Source of the DNA: a virus | Taxonomy: Duplodnaviria > Caudoviricetes | DNA: 64,000 nt | Reading direction: 5' to 3' (one strand) | Virus record (IMG/VR): IMGVR_UViG_3300012984_000010 | Made by a program: the position numbers and the translations under genes | The notes under the pieces: generated by a model | What the model was told of the DNA's origin: nothing | The model's input: the letters and a program-made list of their open reading frames with translations, nothing else | The model's database searches: none | Part shown: one piece after another, positions 1-11,000 of the stretch | Numbering within the stretch: the first letter of the stretch is position 1 | Layout of the letters: every line of letters starts with the position of its first letter

Positions 1-230
1 CTGAGCATCGAAAACTCATGATGATTCAAGGACTTGAATATGAATCTCACATCATTGATTTCACCCGAAACGTGGAGGAATCCACGAAACAACAAGGGTT
101 CGACGTCCTTGTAGATCTCGGGATTGATCTCCGGCAGCTTCGGAATCTCTGCTTGAAATTCTTCATCAGAGTCTCCTTCTTGCTGTGCACGGAGGCGGGC
201 TTGATCCTGATCGTAATCGGGATCTGCCAT
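1..230 (-). CDS. 5' part of a probable tail assembly chaperone-like protein (runs off the window; absent from ORF track)
   Basis: My translation from ATG at 230: MADPDYDQDQARLRAQQEGDSDEEFQAEIPKLPEINPEIYKDVEPLLFRGFLHVSGEINDVRFIFKSLNHHEFSML, open to the edge. Starts 3 nt after the stop of 234..1406. Function inferred from position after the tube gene. Confidence 0.6.
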   Translation of the reverse strand, partial: MADPDYDQDQARLRAQQEGDSDEEFQAEIPKLPEINPEIYKDVEPLLFRGFLHVSGEINDVRFIFKSLNHHEFSML

Positions 231-233
231 GGG

Positions 234-1406
234 TCAGACCTTCTGAATGGGGCGGAATTTTGGATTCAGACCAACAACAGGGGGTTGGTTGAGGATGGTG
301 TTGACTCCCTTGCCATCAACAGGTTTCTGTTTCATCAGATCCATCGGGGCATTGGCCTGTACGGCTTGATCGAGGGTTTGAATCAAGGCAGGGTCTATCT
401 GACCTTCTAATGCTGATATCTCAGCCGTCCGATCCGATGGGACAGCAGCTCCACGAATTTGGGGAGGTACTCTAGGGGTTGCGACATACTCTGATACGGG
501 AGTAGGAGCCGTGAAGTCCCCTTGATTGAGGGGTTGACGGCTTTGCATCAATTCCGCAGCAATCTGTCTGGAGGTAGCAGCTCTTGACGCTACCTCAGGA
601 TCAGGCTGTAACTCGACTGGGGGCTTTGGCAATGGTCGGATAGAGGGCGCCGGTTCCCTCTCTTCAATCGCTTGTTCGGTCGCTCGTTCATCATCAAAGG
701 CTAGGGCCGACTGATGAATTTCGTCCAACTCCTTTTGAGACGATTGTTGCATATATCCGACATCACTTAGGATTTTACCCAACAAGTCATCGGGCATCTC
801 TACCTCAAGTTCTTTCGCCTCAACAAGCAAACGTCTGAACTTGTCCGCCGCACTCTCATCAGGAATATTGAATTGAACACCCTCTCTGGCATGGACGTTA
901 GCCTTGTCAACCACCTCAGAGAATTTCAATCTAGCAACCAGAATGGCTTCTCGACCCCAGCTCACTAGCTTCCGCTTGAGCCACTCCGACTTCTCTAACT
1001 TGACTGTCTTGACCTCACTAGTATCATCTGGAGGTTCGATTGTCAGTTTGATGCCCGTCTCGGCCAACAACAACTCTTGGGCTTTCTTGGCCTTCGCCTC
1101 ATTACTGACCACAGCCGACAAGGTATAGGCCCCAACCGGTATTTCGTCTTCGATGAACTGAACATCACGAAGATCGACACCCTCGATCTCAACTATCGAC
1201 CGGCTCAAATGAGAGACCATGTGAGTATGTAGATACTCTTCCCCATCCAAGTCTTTGAGCTCTGGTACGATCTGATCGTACTCTTTGGAAGACAGGTTCT
1301 GTAAGACAAGAGAGCAGCCACTAATGGTGACGCTTTCTTCTACTCGTCCTACATTCTGTACCTTCTGAAGGGCGCTATTGAGCCGCTTCGCTTTCAATGT
1401 CGTCAT
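234..1406 (-). CDS. Probable tail assembly chaperone with Pro-rich C-terminal extension
   Basis: 390 aa, directly downstream of tail tube; SD GAGGAG before ATG; function from synteny only. Confidence 0.5.
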   Translation of the reverse strand: MTTLKAKRLNSALQKVQNVGRVEESVTISGCSLVLQNLSSKEYDQIVPELKDLDGEEYLHTHMVSHLSRSIVEIEGVDLRDVQFIEDEIPVGAYTLSAVVSNEAKAKKAQELLLAETGIKLTIEPPDDTSEVKTVKLEKSEWLKRKLVSWGREAILVARLKFSEVVDKANVHAREGVQFNIPDESAADKFRRLLVEAKELEVEMPDDLLGKILSDVGYMQQSSQKELDEIHQSALAFDDERATEQAIEEREPAPSIRPLPKPPVELQPDPEVASRAATSRQIAAELMQSRQPLNQGDFTAPTPVSEYVATPRVPPQIRGAAVPSDRTAEISALEGQIDPALIQTLDQAVQANAPMDLMKQKPVDGKGVNTILNQPPVVGLNPKFRPIQKV

Positions 1407-1485
1407 ATCTAATCTCCTCTAATCTGGGTATGGTGAAGGCCTCCTGAGGATCACCCCAAGAGGCCCTTGTCGGCTAGGTCTCTGA

Positions 1486-2208
1486 TCAGATGTTTGGCGT
1501 GCCGACCGTCGCACTGTTACCAGCGAAACGGAGGGAGAAACCAGAACCTGCAGTGCCGTTAGCCTGCACGGGCGATAGCCCCGTGTCGACGAATTCACCA
1601 TATTGGCTACGTCCATCGAGGATGTCGGTCACCGTAACACTTGAGTTCTCGGTGATGATAGCGGCATCCGAGGTCGAAGATTTTGAATAGCTGTTGAACC
1701 AACAGCCTTCAAAGAAGGTGAACAGAGCTCTGACGGGGGTCAAGAACTGCTCGCCATTCGCCTGCTTGGACGCATTGGGGGCCGCCTGAATGGTCACACC
1801 ATCCATATCCTGCTTGGACGAGATCTCAGAGATGACCATCTCTTGCTTGATATCGAACGGCCAACGGTGGTGCTTGAGAGAGCGGACCAAACCGCTCACG
1901 CCACCACGATATCCCATTGACTGAAACAGGTCCATTGTGTTCATCAATGTCTTGTTGACCGTTAGAGTCATGGGCTCTGTGACGGAGGGCACCAACTCAG
2001 CAATCTGATCTCCGAAACCCACACCACGAACCGGATCAATCGTACGGCTTTCGTCCTGACCGAATTCCGACAAGACACCTATTTGCTTGAATTCCTTGGT
2101 GCCTACGATGTAGGAGAACACTTTGTTCTTCTGGGAAATTGCAGCCCTAGTATTAGGGGCTGTACCCATTCTGTATATGTAGTTTGCGGCATCAGACGGC
2201 TTGGCCAT
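1486..2208 (-). CDS. Tail tube protein
   Basis: 240 aa; FEGCWFNSYSKSSTSDAAIITENSSVTVTD resembles myovirus tube C-terminal strands; SD AAGGAG; same late region as the sheath. Confidence 0.75.
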   Translation of the reverse strand: MAKPSDAANYIYRMGTAPNTRAAISQKNKVFSYIVGTKEFKQIGVLSEFGQDESRTIDPVRGVGFGDQIAELVPSVTEPMTLTVNKTLMNTMDLFQSMGYRGGVSGLVRSLKHHRWPFDIKQEMVISEISSKQDMDGVTIQAAPNASKQANGEQFLTPVRALFTFFEGCWFNSYSKSSTSDAAIITENSSVTVTDILDGRSQYGEFVDTGLSPVQANGTAGSGFSLRFAGNSATVGTPNI

Positions 2209-2232
2209 AACTCATCTCCTTCACATTGACCA

Positions 2233-2251
2233 CCACCCAGATTGGGTGGTT
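2233..2251. other. 7-bp intergenic hairpin ACCACCC-AGATT-GGGTGGT
   Basis: Perfect inverted repeat between the stop at 2254 and the tube SD; no clear U-tract. Confidence 0.35.
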
Positions 2252-2253
2252 AT

Positions 2254-3027
2254 TCATTTAGCGTTCACAAACAAACCATGGAGTTCGTCAGCGCGAGCTG
2301 CGAGTTTGGTCAAATCAGCCTTGACCCAAGAAGCAGTCAAATCGGCCTTGAGGATTCCCGCCACCTTATCGGCAACAGTCCGTACATCCGATTGAGCCTT
2401 AGAAGCGTTGAACTTACGACCCGCTTTGGCCAAACTAGCAATCTTCTGCGAGGTTTCTTCCGACTTGGCAATAATCTGATTGGCAAGATCGGTGTTGGCT
2501 TGATAGGTGTCGAAGGTCAAACCATCGGTAGCCACCTTGTCACCCACCTCATGAACCTTGGGGGCTCCCAGATTGTAGTAGGTGGTATTCTTTGATTGAT
2601 TGGGGGACTTGATCTTACCCGCCAGCTTGAACAGCACCTTCACGCCGTCCTGGAGGTTCGATGCCTTGCGGCTGCCGGCTTCTTTCAGGGCGGCCAAGTG
2701 ACTCTCAAAAACGCTCAGATCTTCAGAAATAGTGCTCATGGTGGGATTCCTTGTGTTCTCTTCTTGGGAAACCATAGAAGGACTAACGGCAGACCATCGG
2801 GCTCGATGTGGTGCCAATAGCTCCCACATCCGATCCATGTCCACCGACAGTTTGGCCTCTTTCCCAGACAGAAAGGTGTCCAGGACTCGCTTGGCTTGGC
2901 GCCTATCTACCAAACTAGATACGAATCGTAGAGCCGATATCGGCCCTAGATTGTACCGCTGCCCGTCTGTTTTGATCCAATCGGTAACGCCATCGCTACC
3001 GATCACAACAGTAGTTAGTGTGCCCAT
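2254..3027 (-). CDS. Hypothetical protein, possible in-frame internal start at 2739
   Basis: 257-aa ORF; basic helical C-half; AAGGA SD before the internal ATG (MSTISED). Confidence 0.7.
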   Translation of the reverse strand: MGTLTTVVIGSDGVTDWIKTDGQRYNLGPISALRFVSSLVDRRQAKRVLDTFLSGKEAKLSVDMDRMWELLAPHRARWSAVSPSMVSQEENTRNPTMSTISEDLSVFESHLAALKEAGSRKASNLQDGVKVLFKLAGKIKSPNQSKNTTYYNLGAPKVHEVGDKVATDGLTFDTYQANTDLANQIIAKSEETSQKIASLAKAGRKFNASKAQSDVRTVADKVAGILKADLTASWVKADLTKLAARADELHGLFVNAK

Positions 3028-3075
3028 GCCTACTTGTGGCGGGGCACGAAAGCTCTATTGGGGGATCACAGACAA

Positions 3076-3222
3076 TCAGAACGGAAAGTCGTCTTCATCC
3101 AGCTCGATATCGGGAGTTTTGGATTCCGACACCAGCCAAATGCACGGACGAGGGTCTTCACCCATTTCCTCGATGCTGACCTTCTCAATCAACTGTTCCA
3201 TGTCAGGTAGAACGGAAACCAT
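3076..3222 (-). CDS. Small acidic hypothetical protein (48 aa, absent from ORF track)
   Basis: MVSVLPDMEQLIEKVSIEEMGEDPRPCIWLVSESKTPDIELDEDDFPF*; fills the gap between co-oriented genes. Confidence 0.45.
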   Translation of the reverse strand: MVSVLPDMEQLIEKVSIEEMGEDPRPCIWLVSESKTPDIELDEDDFPF

Positions 3223-3237
3223 GGAGATAAGTTAACC

Positions 3238-4071
3238 CTACAGGCGAATCAACAACTGGGTCAAGGCCGAGATGGGGATCAGCGTCCCATTAGGAGGGGA
3301 TCTGAGCCATAAGCCATCGGAGACCCATTCTGCGGGCTCCCCCATCGAGTCTTCCGCATCATTGAGGGCTTGGGCCGCCATCAGTAGGTTGAACGTCAGA
3401 TACCCGCTCTTGCGAGCTCCTAACACCATCCTACGCCCAGTCTCTTTATGCATGGGGCTAAAAACGGCTCCTCTTAGATACCCCTCCCGATACAGTTCTT
3501 CCCAACCGGCTTCCAAAGAGCCCTGCCCCCAACGCTCAACTTCCGCCAAAACGAAGCCGTTCGTACCTCGGTCGATGATGTTCGGGTGAGCGTCGTCTGC
3601 TGTCAGAGCTGGAAGGCCCCCATCACCTACATACTGGTAGATCCACTCCAACACCGTATTGAGACGCACCTCAAGACTGCTTTGAGGAGTGTCAGATAGA
3701 TAGGCCCTAAGGAGTCGAAAGAATCGTGCCAAATCTCGGTCGATGTGGGCCATTCCACCCACACCATATTGGTCCACCAAGTCGACTGCCGCCACCAGGC
3801 CAGGGATCGACGGATTGATGGCAATCTCTCTTTTGAGAAAGAGAGCGATGGCAAAAATGGTCCCTAGGTTGGCCAACCCTCTTGACACGAACACCAGGGG
3901 GAAGGGCCGCCCCAAGATCAAGTCTCGATGGAATCTAGGCAGTTCGAGTAGTTGGTAGAGAGCTGTCTCAGTAGTGGGGTCCTCAGTTGTGAATTCCCCA
4001 AACCCCACCACCGAATTGACCACCTGAGGTAGATTTGGATCCAGAACTACCTTAAGGTCTATAGATTCCAC
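3238..4071 (-). CDS. Hypothetical protein
   Basis: 277-aa globular-looking ORF in the operon; no motif recognised. Confidence 0.65.
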   Translation of the reverse strand: MESIDLKVVLDPNLPQVVNSVVGFGEFTTEDPTTETALYQLLELPRFHRDLILGRPFPLVFVSRGLANLGTIFAIALFLKREIAINPSIPGLVAAVDLVDQYGVGGMAHIDRDLARFFRLLRAYLSDTPQSSLEVRLNTVLEWIYQYVGDGGLPALTADDAHPNIIDRGTNGFVLAEVERWGQGSLEAGWEELYREGYLRGAVFSPMHKETGRRMVLGARKSGYLTFNLLMAAQALNDAEDSMGEPAEWVSDGLWLRSPPNGTLIPISALTQLLIRL

Positions 4072-4089
4072 CTCTGCACCTACACCAGA

Positions 4090-4746
4090 TCAACGGCTGT
4101 AGTCGTAATCATCGGCATAGCGGCTGCCCCCGCTGTTCTTCAGAAGATCAATCAAAGTGGCGGCTTGACGGATCGACAGTTTGCGAAGATCGTCTCGCGT
4201 GAACGGCCACTTCAAATCAGGGAACATCTTGGCGTAGGGTGCCCACTGTTCTGCACTACGAATCCTTGAAGTGAGGAACCCCAAATATTTGAGCTGAGGA
4301 TCAGTCGCTCGGGGGCCGCCAGAAGGAACCGGTGCACTGGTGGACGGTTCGGTCGTCTTGGGGGTCTCTGGAGACTTGCTGCCGCTGGCATCCCAGTACT
4401 CAGGCTTTTCCTCATAAGCCTCAATTGCGTCTTCAATGCGGTTCTGAAGAGAGTTTTTCCAGCCCTGCGTTCGCTTGACGATGGGAGCCTTGCCTTTCAT
4501 CAAAGGCCTGTTGGACTTGACACCCATCATCTGCACACGGATCGCGTCTTCCCCCACCCCGGCTCCCATATCGGAGGACTTACGGATTGAGGTCCAAATC
4601 CTCAGATGGACCGCATCACTTAGTTGGAGGTCGTAATAGTACTCCCCTCCATTTGAGTGTCCTTTCTGAGGACGGAGCGCACGGAAGCCCCGCTTGAGAA
4701 AGGTTTCCATGTCTTGGAGAGTGACTTCAGTGTATTGAGCGGCCAT
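4090..4746 (-). CDS. Hypothetical two-domain protein with DUF3072-like small helical C-terminal motif
   Basis: ATDPQLKYLGFL...LSIRQAATLIDLLK after a Pro/Thr linker; TGATG-coupled to the helicase. Confidence 0.65.
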   Translation of the reverse strand: MAAQYTEVTLQDMETFLKRGFRALRPQKGHSNGGEYYYDLQLSDAVHLRIWTSIRKSSDMGAGVGEDAIRVQMMGVKSNRPLMKGKAPIVKRTQGWKNSLQNRIEDAIEAYEEKPEYWDASGSKSPETPKTTEPSTSAPVPSGGPRATDPQLKYLGFLTSRIRSAEQWAPYAKMFPDLKWPFTRDDLRKLSIRQAATLIDLLKNSGGSRYADDYDYSR

Positions 4747-7700
4747 CAGGCATCCATCCCATCATGAGGTTGCCAATCAACATTGCTTACGTCGAAAGCT
4801 TGCTTTTCATTAGGCTCTGCCGGCTTGATATTTTGACCCAAGTTGAGGCCGGCCTCGTACACGAATTCGCTAACTCCGCCTGCCTTGCCACCCACACTAC
4901 TGGGGCAGACGATCGTCAAGTTCTTCGCTGCCCTCGTGATCGCCACGTAAGCCAGACGACGCTCGTCTTCCAACTTTTGCTCCACTTCCTCTGGAGGTGG
5001 TGGTTCTTCCCCTGGTTTGACGATCGGCACCATGGGGAATTTGCCGGCCGGCATAGCCACGAACACGGTAGGCCACTGAGCTCCCTTGGTCGAGTGACAC
5101 GTGCCCAGATAGACACCTGGTGGAGGAGAACGCTTTTCTGGCGGCAAGGCGGACTGTTCCTTGTACCACTTGGTGATGTCGGTACGTAGATCCTTCATCT
5201 TGGAAGCGTAGCGTTCCATCTTCTGCTTGAACCCCATGGGGGTGGTGGGCGGGTTCAGTTCATCGTCCTCATCCGTCGGATCGGGCAACGCCAACTGGTA
5301 GAGGAACGAAATGTTACCCAACCCTTGGGTGCTGTCTTCCTCGTCATCCTCATCTACCGCCTCGTCATCGTCTGCAGAGGTGGAGTTTTTCAAGTCAGCC
5401 TGAAGAGACTCACGGAACGACTGTTCGACGAACGCCCCACCAACGATGCCCGTGCCTTTGAGACCCAAGATATCGTCAAACAGATTCTTGGTAGTGTAAT
5501 CTGGGTCAGTAGTCAGGGCCTTCATTTCCTGCAAAGATTGGGCCAAGTCTTCGATCTTTTCTTCGAACTTGAAGGCTTTTCCAGAACGGGTCAGTTTGGC
5601 CAAAGCGTCCACCAAGTGACGCACAAAGGACCGATCCTGAAGGGCCGTCATCGGATTGATCGACTTCACGTCAACGTCTCGTTGACGTGCATAGGCAGAG
5701 AGTGCCGCTTCAACCGCCTCAGGCGCTTTCTTGGGGTCGGTCAAGAAGAATCGGCGAGGCTTGTTGATCGCATTGCCCAACGCCTTCTGCATTTTGGTGA
5801 AGTCAGAACCAGTCACCAACTGCACGTACCCCAGCAAAGCAGTCGTCTCTGGAGACCCCAAGAAAGATGATGCACCCTTACGGGCATACGGAACTCCTCG
5901 AATGATGCAAGCAGTCTCGTAGGCGTGAAGTTCCTTGTTGGTTCGGGTCAATACCGCGTGGTCTGTCACATTGGCACCCAAGACGAGGTTCTGTTTGATG
6001 CCCTCTACGACTCCCAGAGCCGCCCCCGCCTCATCCATAGGAGTGACTACCTGAATGCTACCGGAACCACGAACCTTCTGAGGGTTAGGCACCGATTCCA
6101 TCTCAATCTGGCCCTTATTGTGAGCGATCAGCTTGTTGGCAGCATCCACCAATTCAGGTTCGCAACGGTAGTTGGTGCGGATTGAGCGGGTCTTCCAACC
6201 ATCTTCCTCACCCATATTGATGAACAATTCGGAGCGAGCCCCTTGGAAGCTATTGATGGCCTGCTTATCGTCGCCCACCACCCAGTAGGATTTGCCGTCA
6301 GATCCATCGGTCACGTGTCCAGCACACAGATCCAAAACCTCTTTCATGACCGAATTACGGTCCTGGGCTTCATCCACAATGATGTGGTCGTACATCTTCT
6401 GGATGGTGATTTGGACCCTGGGTTCACGCTTCAGGATCTTGAGAAAGGTAGACAACATGTCGGAGAAGTCGCCCAACGGGATGTTGTTTGGGCGCACCTT
6501 TGTCATGAAAGATTCGTAGCTCTTTGAATGGCAAACGGGTTTCCAACCAGGAATCGAACCTTTGAGGCCTTCGTACATCTCATACCAAAGAGCTGCATCC
6601 CTTTCTGAGGAGGATCGTGCTTTTGCGGCCGCTTCGAGGGGCGTAACGTGGTTTCCCGCCCATTGAGCTTTCAGCAATAAAACAGATTGAAGCTTCGGAA
6701 TTGGTTTCTGTTTCCCGTAGCAATCCTCCCAAATATTCTGGACCGCATAACCGATCTTCTTACCGTCCCCAATGAAGCCGTTGGGGCCGTTCTTCAACTG
6801 TCCCATGGTGACCTTCTCAGCATTGGTGCCGTACTCACCAATGAAGCGTTTGAACAGAGAGTGCATGGTCCCTACACTCATCTGTTGGAGCGACTCACCG
6901 CCCACCGCTTTTCCAAGACGCTCTTTCAGCTCCTCAGAAGCCTTATTGTTGAAGCTTGTCACCAAGATTCGGCTAGGTAGAACTCGACGTTCTTTGATCA
7001 GGTATTCGACACGAGCCACAACCGTAGAAGTCTTACCGCTACCCGCACCGGCCGCCACCCTCACTTTGCCATCCGTCAAAGCGGCGGCACGTTGCTCGTC
7101 GTCCAAGCGGCGCAAAGGAGTGGGGATGTTCTGTGGTTTGGACGGGTCACTCATCGCCGCAGTAGCGGCCGCTACCGCCACGCCAACCACTTCCGAACGA
7201 GTGGGAGGCTCATCAGATTGAGAATTGATCTCAAGCGATCGTCTGGCTGCGTTGGTGGCCTCTCGCTCAACCGTATCCAACAGTTCTGCTTGAGCCTCTT
7301 GAGATTTGAGCGATTCATCCGCGCCAGAAGCGGCGATCTGTTGCACCTGATGAATCACCAGTTCGGTGGAGGTTTCTCCAGCCTCTCTTGAGCCAGCGTC
7401 TACCGCACTAGGAGCGGCCTCTCCCGAACCTGCCACCTTGGCCGCCAGATCTATCCAAGCCCGCATACGAGTATTTCGCATCGGCAAAGCGGCAAAAATA
7501 TCGAGCGCACGATCGGCATCTTCCAACATCGACGCACTGATGGCTTCACGCACCTGACGGATGTATTTGGTGGTATCGAAGATACCCTTCATGGTCGAGG
7601 GACCGCCACGAGAAAGCAAGGTCCGGAACTGGAGGGCTCGTCTCGCCACTCCATTCGCGGTAGAGATCGAGATATTGATCGCCCGATTGAGCATCATCTT

Positions 7701-7937
7701 GTGGGTGGGCGAGGGCAAGTGATTGTCAAGGTAAGACTTGATCGAATCTAACGAATGATCGGCCAGACGAAGGATGGTGACCCCTTTCCGGATCGTATCC
7801 CCTTCCAACTGGTCTTGGCCCGTCGTTTCCTCCGAATACCTCAGATAGGTATCCAGTGCGAACAGAAAGATCAAATACTCGGCTACTTGGAATTCGCCAA
7901 TCAGCTCGTCTTCGCTCGTTTCAGCCCAACGTTCCAT
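4746..7937 (-). CDS. UvrD/PcrA/Rep-family SF1 helicase with about 270-aa N-terminal extension
   Basis: Q motif LDDEQRAA, Walker A AGAGSGKT, GTMHS, Walker B IIVDEAQD, VGDDKQ, NYRC, LTRTN, TCHSTKG, EDERRLAYVAITRA. Confidence 0.92.
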   Translation of the reverse strand: MERWAETSEDELIGEFQVAEYLIFLFALDTYLRYSEETTGQDQLEGDTIRKGVTILRLADHSLDSIKSYLDNHLPSPTHKMMLNRAINISISTANGVARRALQFRTLLSRGGPSTMKGIFDTTKYIRQVREAISASMLEDADRALDIFAALPMRNTRMRAWIDLAAKVAGSGEAAPSAVDAGSREAGETSTELVIHQVQQIAASGADESLKSQEAQAELLDTVEREATNAARRSLEINSQSDEPPTRSEVVGVAVAAATAAMSDPSKPQNIPTPLRRLDDEQRAAALTDGKVRVAAGAGSGKTSTVVARVEYLIKERRVLPSRILVTSFNNKASEELKERLGKAVGGESLQQMSVGTMHSLFKRFIGEYGTNAEKVTMGQLKNGPNGFIGDGKKIGYAVQNIWEDCYGKQKPIPKLQSVLLLKAQWAGNHVTPLEAAAKARSSSERDAALWYEMYEGLKGSIPGWKPVCHSKSYESFMTKVRPNNIPLGDFSDMLSTFLKILKREPRVQITIQKMYDHIIVDEAQDRNSVMKEVLDLCAGHVTDGSDGKSYWVVGDDKQAINSFQGARSELFINMGEEDGWKTRSIRTNYRCEPELVDAANKLIAHNKGQIEMESVPNPQKVRGSGSIQVVTPMDEAGAALGVVEGIKQNLVLGANVTDHAVLTRTNKELHAYETACIIRGVPYARKGASSFLGSPETTALLGYVQLVTGSDFTKMQKALGNAINKPRRFFLTDPKKAPEAVEAALSAYARQRDVDVKSINPMTALQDRSFVRHLVDALAKLTRSGKAFKFEEKIEDLAQSLQEMKALTTDPDYTTKNLFDDILGLKGTGIVGGAFVEQSFRESLQADLKNSTSADDDEAVDEDDEEDSTQGLGNISFLYQLALPDPTDEDDELNPPTTPMGFKQKMERYASKMKDLRTDITKWYKEQSALPPEKRSPPPGVYLGTCHSTKGAQWPTVFVAMPAGKFPMVPIVKPGEEPPPPEEVEQKLEDERRLAYVAITRAAKNLTIVCPSSVGGKAGGVSEFVYEAGLNLGQNIKPAEPNEKQAFDVSNVDWQPHDGMDA

Positions 7938-7942
7938 GCTTG

Positions 7943-7955
7943 TCCTATAACGGCT
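7943..7955 (-). promoter_or_regulatory. Late-promoter-like motif AGCCGTTATAGGA
   Basis: 13 bp identical to 38491-38503; 5 nt before the helicase ATG. Confidence 0.5.
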
Positions 7956-8015
7956 AAGAATTCCGAAACTTTAGCCTCGCAAGCTAGATTTCAGATAATA
8001 GAAATACACCAAAAG

Positions 8016-8052
8016 CAAAGGGTCGGATACTCGTTTGAGCACCGACCCTTTG
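8016..8052 (-). terminator. Intrinsic terminator after tail sheath
   Basis: 11-bp stem CAAAGGGTCGG/CCGACCCTTTG followed by CTTTT on the minus strand. Confidence 0.7.
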
Positions 8053-8073
8053 GCCTAATCAGACGCTATCTTC

Positions 8074-11000
8074 TCAGATGCGAGCTCTGAGGTAGAACGT
8101 CATCTGGATGTACAAGAGCGGGAAGATTGGCTGGTACCAAGCTTCGAAGTCCATAACCGTCGGGTCGATGGGGTTGATGGTGGCCGAGATCCCCATCCAA
8201 CCACCGACGATCTCAGCTTGAACCAACTGCTTGAACAGGGCCGTCATCGAGACCTCAACCTCACTAGTGCGGCTAGCGAGGAACTTGGTACCGATGAAGC
8301 TGTCCAGAGCTACGCGGCTTTGCTGCTGAACGTAGTCGCCAATCTGAGTGACGGTCGGCAGACGCTTCAAGATGTCCGACATATCGGTCGTCAAACCTTG
8401 GCGGATACGGATCAAAGGATCCAAGTCCTCCAAGAGAGTGATGCCAGCGACCGCCGTTTGATTGGCCGTAATCGGATCCAAAATCCGAGGAATACGGGTG
8501 AACCCTTGGATGCGACGACGGGTGTAGGGAGTCGCCACATCGACGGCTGGTGAACAAGCCGCGCCCGCAATAGCGGCCGCGATGAACGAACCATCCACCA
8601 AAGTCTCGTAGCTGGCACCCAACTGATCCGAAAGCGTGATGACCGCACTGTCGGGGTAGAAAGCCATCATACGCTTCGAGAGCAAGCTCCTGGCCACCGA
8701 TTGAGCAGTGGTTGGAGTGGTGCCCGACGAGAACCCGACGAAGCCCATGCGTTCTGACTGGTTGCGCTCATTAGACTGAATTTCACAGTGCTGCATGAGG
8801 GCCGCGAAAACCGTGCTGCTTCCCGTTAGAGGCACCAACACATCCGGCTTGACGTTACCAGGCAGAGGGATCGAAAGCTCACTGATCGCTTCAATGAAGT
8901 CTTGATCGCTAGCTTGATTGGTGTTTTGAACCTTCAGCACCTGCTTGATACCCACCAACACGGCTCCGTTGAGGATCATCAGGTAGGCACCCAACGTTAC
9001 CTTGTTCTCAGCCGAGAGAGGCCCGAAATTGGCCTCCACAGTCTTGAACTGTTGATAAAGTTTGGTCGAAAAGTCCTGCTTCCTGAAATTGTAGGTGACG
9101 AAGTAGAAGTCGCCTATCGCTGGTTCCAGTCCAGAAGGATTGAAAGTGTTGACAGTAGCGGTGTCGTTCACCCCAATACCAACCGTGTCGGTAACCACCG
9201 TTTCCAAACCTGGAAGCGACAAGTACGGAACTGCTGGATTGACCTTCCAGGTTGGGGACACTTCCAAGGTAAAGAAGCCTGAAGAAGTGTAGCTGCCGTC
9301 TGTGGCAGGCAGTACGGTGAAACGTAGCCCCGTCCTTGCATCTGTGTAGGTCTGACCTGGGATACCAGAACCAGCCGAACCGCTTGCATTGTTCGAGCTG
9401 ACAGTGAACTTGTCCTGAGCATCAGCACCATTGTCACCGCTAGTTCCTGGAACGATTCCAGTTCCAGTAGTGGGGTTGAAGGCCGAGGCCGAACCACTGA
9501 CAAATACGATGCTTGATGTTGCAGCACCGACCGTCAGAGACTCAATGGTCACATACTGTGAGCCATTGATGGTGCTGACGTACGCCACACCGCGGGCCGA
9601 GAAGCCTGAGGTAGCGTTTAGGGCATCCACCACCTCAGAAGCCGCAACTAGTGTTTGGCTAGCTGTCGCATCATCAAGGAAGCCCAACACATCGTTGGCC
9701 GAACCATCCAACATCACAATGCTGGAGCTTGGATCCGCCACTGTGCTGGTTAGACGAATCTTGTTCAGGTTGCCCAAAGTACCCGCTGAAGCAACACCTG
9801 TCAAACCAGGGGTGCTGTTGATGGCGGTCACCACTGAAGAAGCCGTAACCGCGGCACCTGCTGGCAAGGTCGTGGTGTAGTCGATTCCGTTTAGACGGAA
9901 GGTCAACACATCGTTGACACCAGAGGTGATGTTGAACGGCCCTGCAATACCACCCAACATGGTGGCTGGCTTGTTGGTGGCTGTGGGAGTGCCTTGAGCC
10001 GATTGGAAGGTGCTGAATCCAAGCACATTCTCGACCGTACCTTGACGAATCGCCACAGTAGATGCGTTATCAAAACCACCAGGCAGTGCGCCAGGAGTAG
10101 TGTACGATTTGATAACGAAGAACACATCACCGTTTGTACCGTTCACCTGAACAAAACTTGCCAAGGTGTTGGGAGCGGTGCCGCTGAAAGCGCCGTTGGC
10201 ATCAATCGCTGCATTGATTTCACCAACAATTTGTGTTGGTGTTCTAGCGCCAGCCGTCAATGTCACCGCCACATTCACGCCATCGACCGTAATGTTGAAA
10301 ACATTGGCGGGAGAGGCTGGAATGGTGATCGAATTCGATCCGCTGGTGGGGGTTCTGGCTGACACCAAGTAAGCCGGCACAGCTGTGGTCAAGTTGGTAA
10401 CTAGGGCGTTACCATTGATGGTGGTTCTCCAGTTATTGCTGTAGGTCTGGAAGAACGAGTAAGGAGCTGCTCCTAGGTTGGTATAGATGGCATTTTCGGC
10501 CAAAGTAGACCCAAACGTCACAGTGACTGTTTCAGCAACAGGAGTGCCGGCGCCCGTGTGGAAGCCGTCCGTCACTTGTTCTGAACCGCGAGGCCATTGA
10601 ACAATCTCAGAAAGGCCAGACTTGGTTCCGAAGCGAACCTGATAAAGGTTCTTGCCTGTTGTGGTATCAAGCACTTCGAACTGACCCGTACCAACCGGAC
10701 CCGTCACCTTGTTGGTCAGGATGAACGTGTCATCCGTCAAACGGCTGTACCAGAAAGTCGCATACGCCTTGTGATCCGGGGGAACAGGGTTCTTGAGAGT
10801 GATCTTGCGATTCTCCCCATCAACCACCGTCACCACCGCCGCCGCACGGCCCAGCGCATCTACCAAATCTCGGCCAGTGTGAACCGTCACCAAGTCAGGA
10901 CGATTGGTATCCAGACCATTGCGGCCGTTCGATACTGCACCATAGACCGTTGCCCCAAGGGGCGTGTCACGTCCGTTACCTGTGGTCGGCACCTCAGGTA

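Noticed and set aside
230-260. Programmed frameshift joining the two chaperone-like ORFs
   Set aside because: The downstream ORF has its own ATG 3 nt after the stop; no clear slippery heptamer at the junction.
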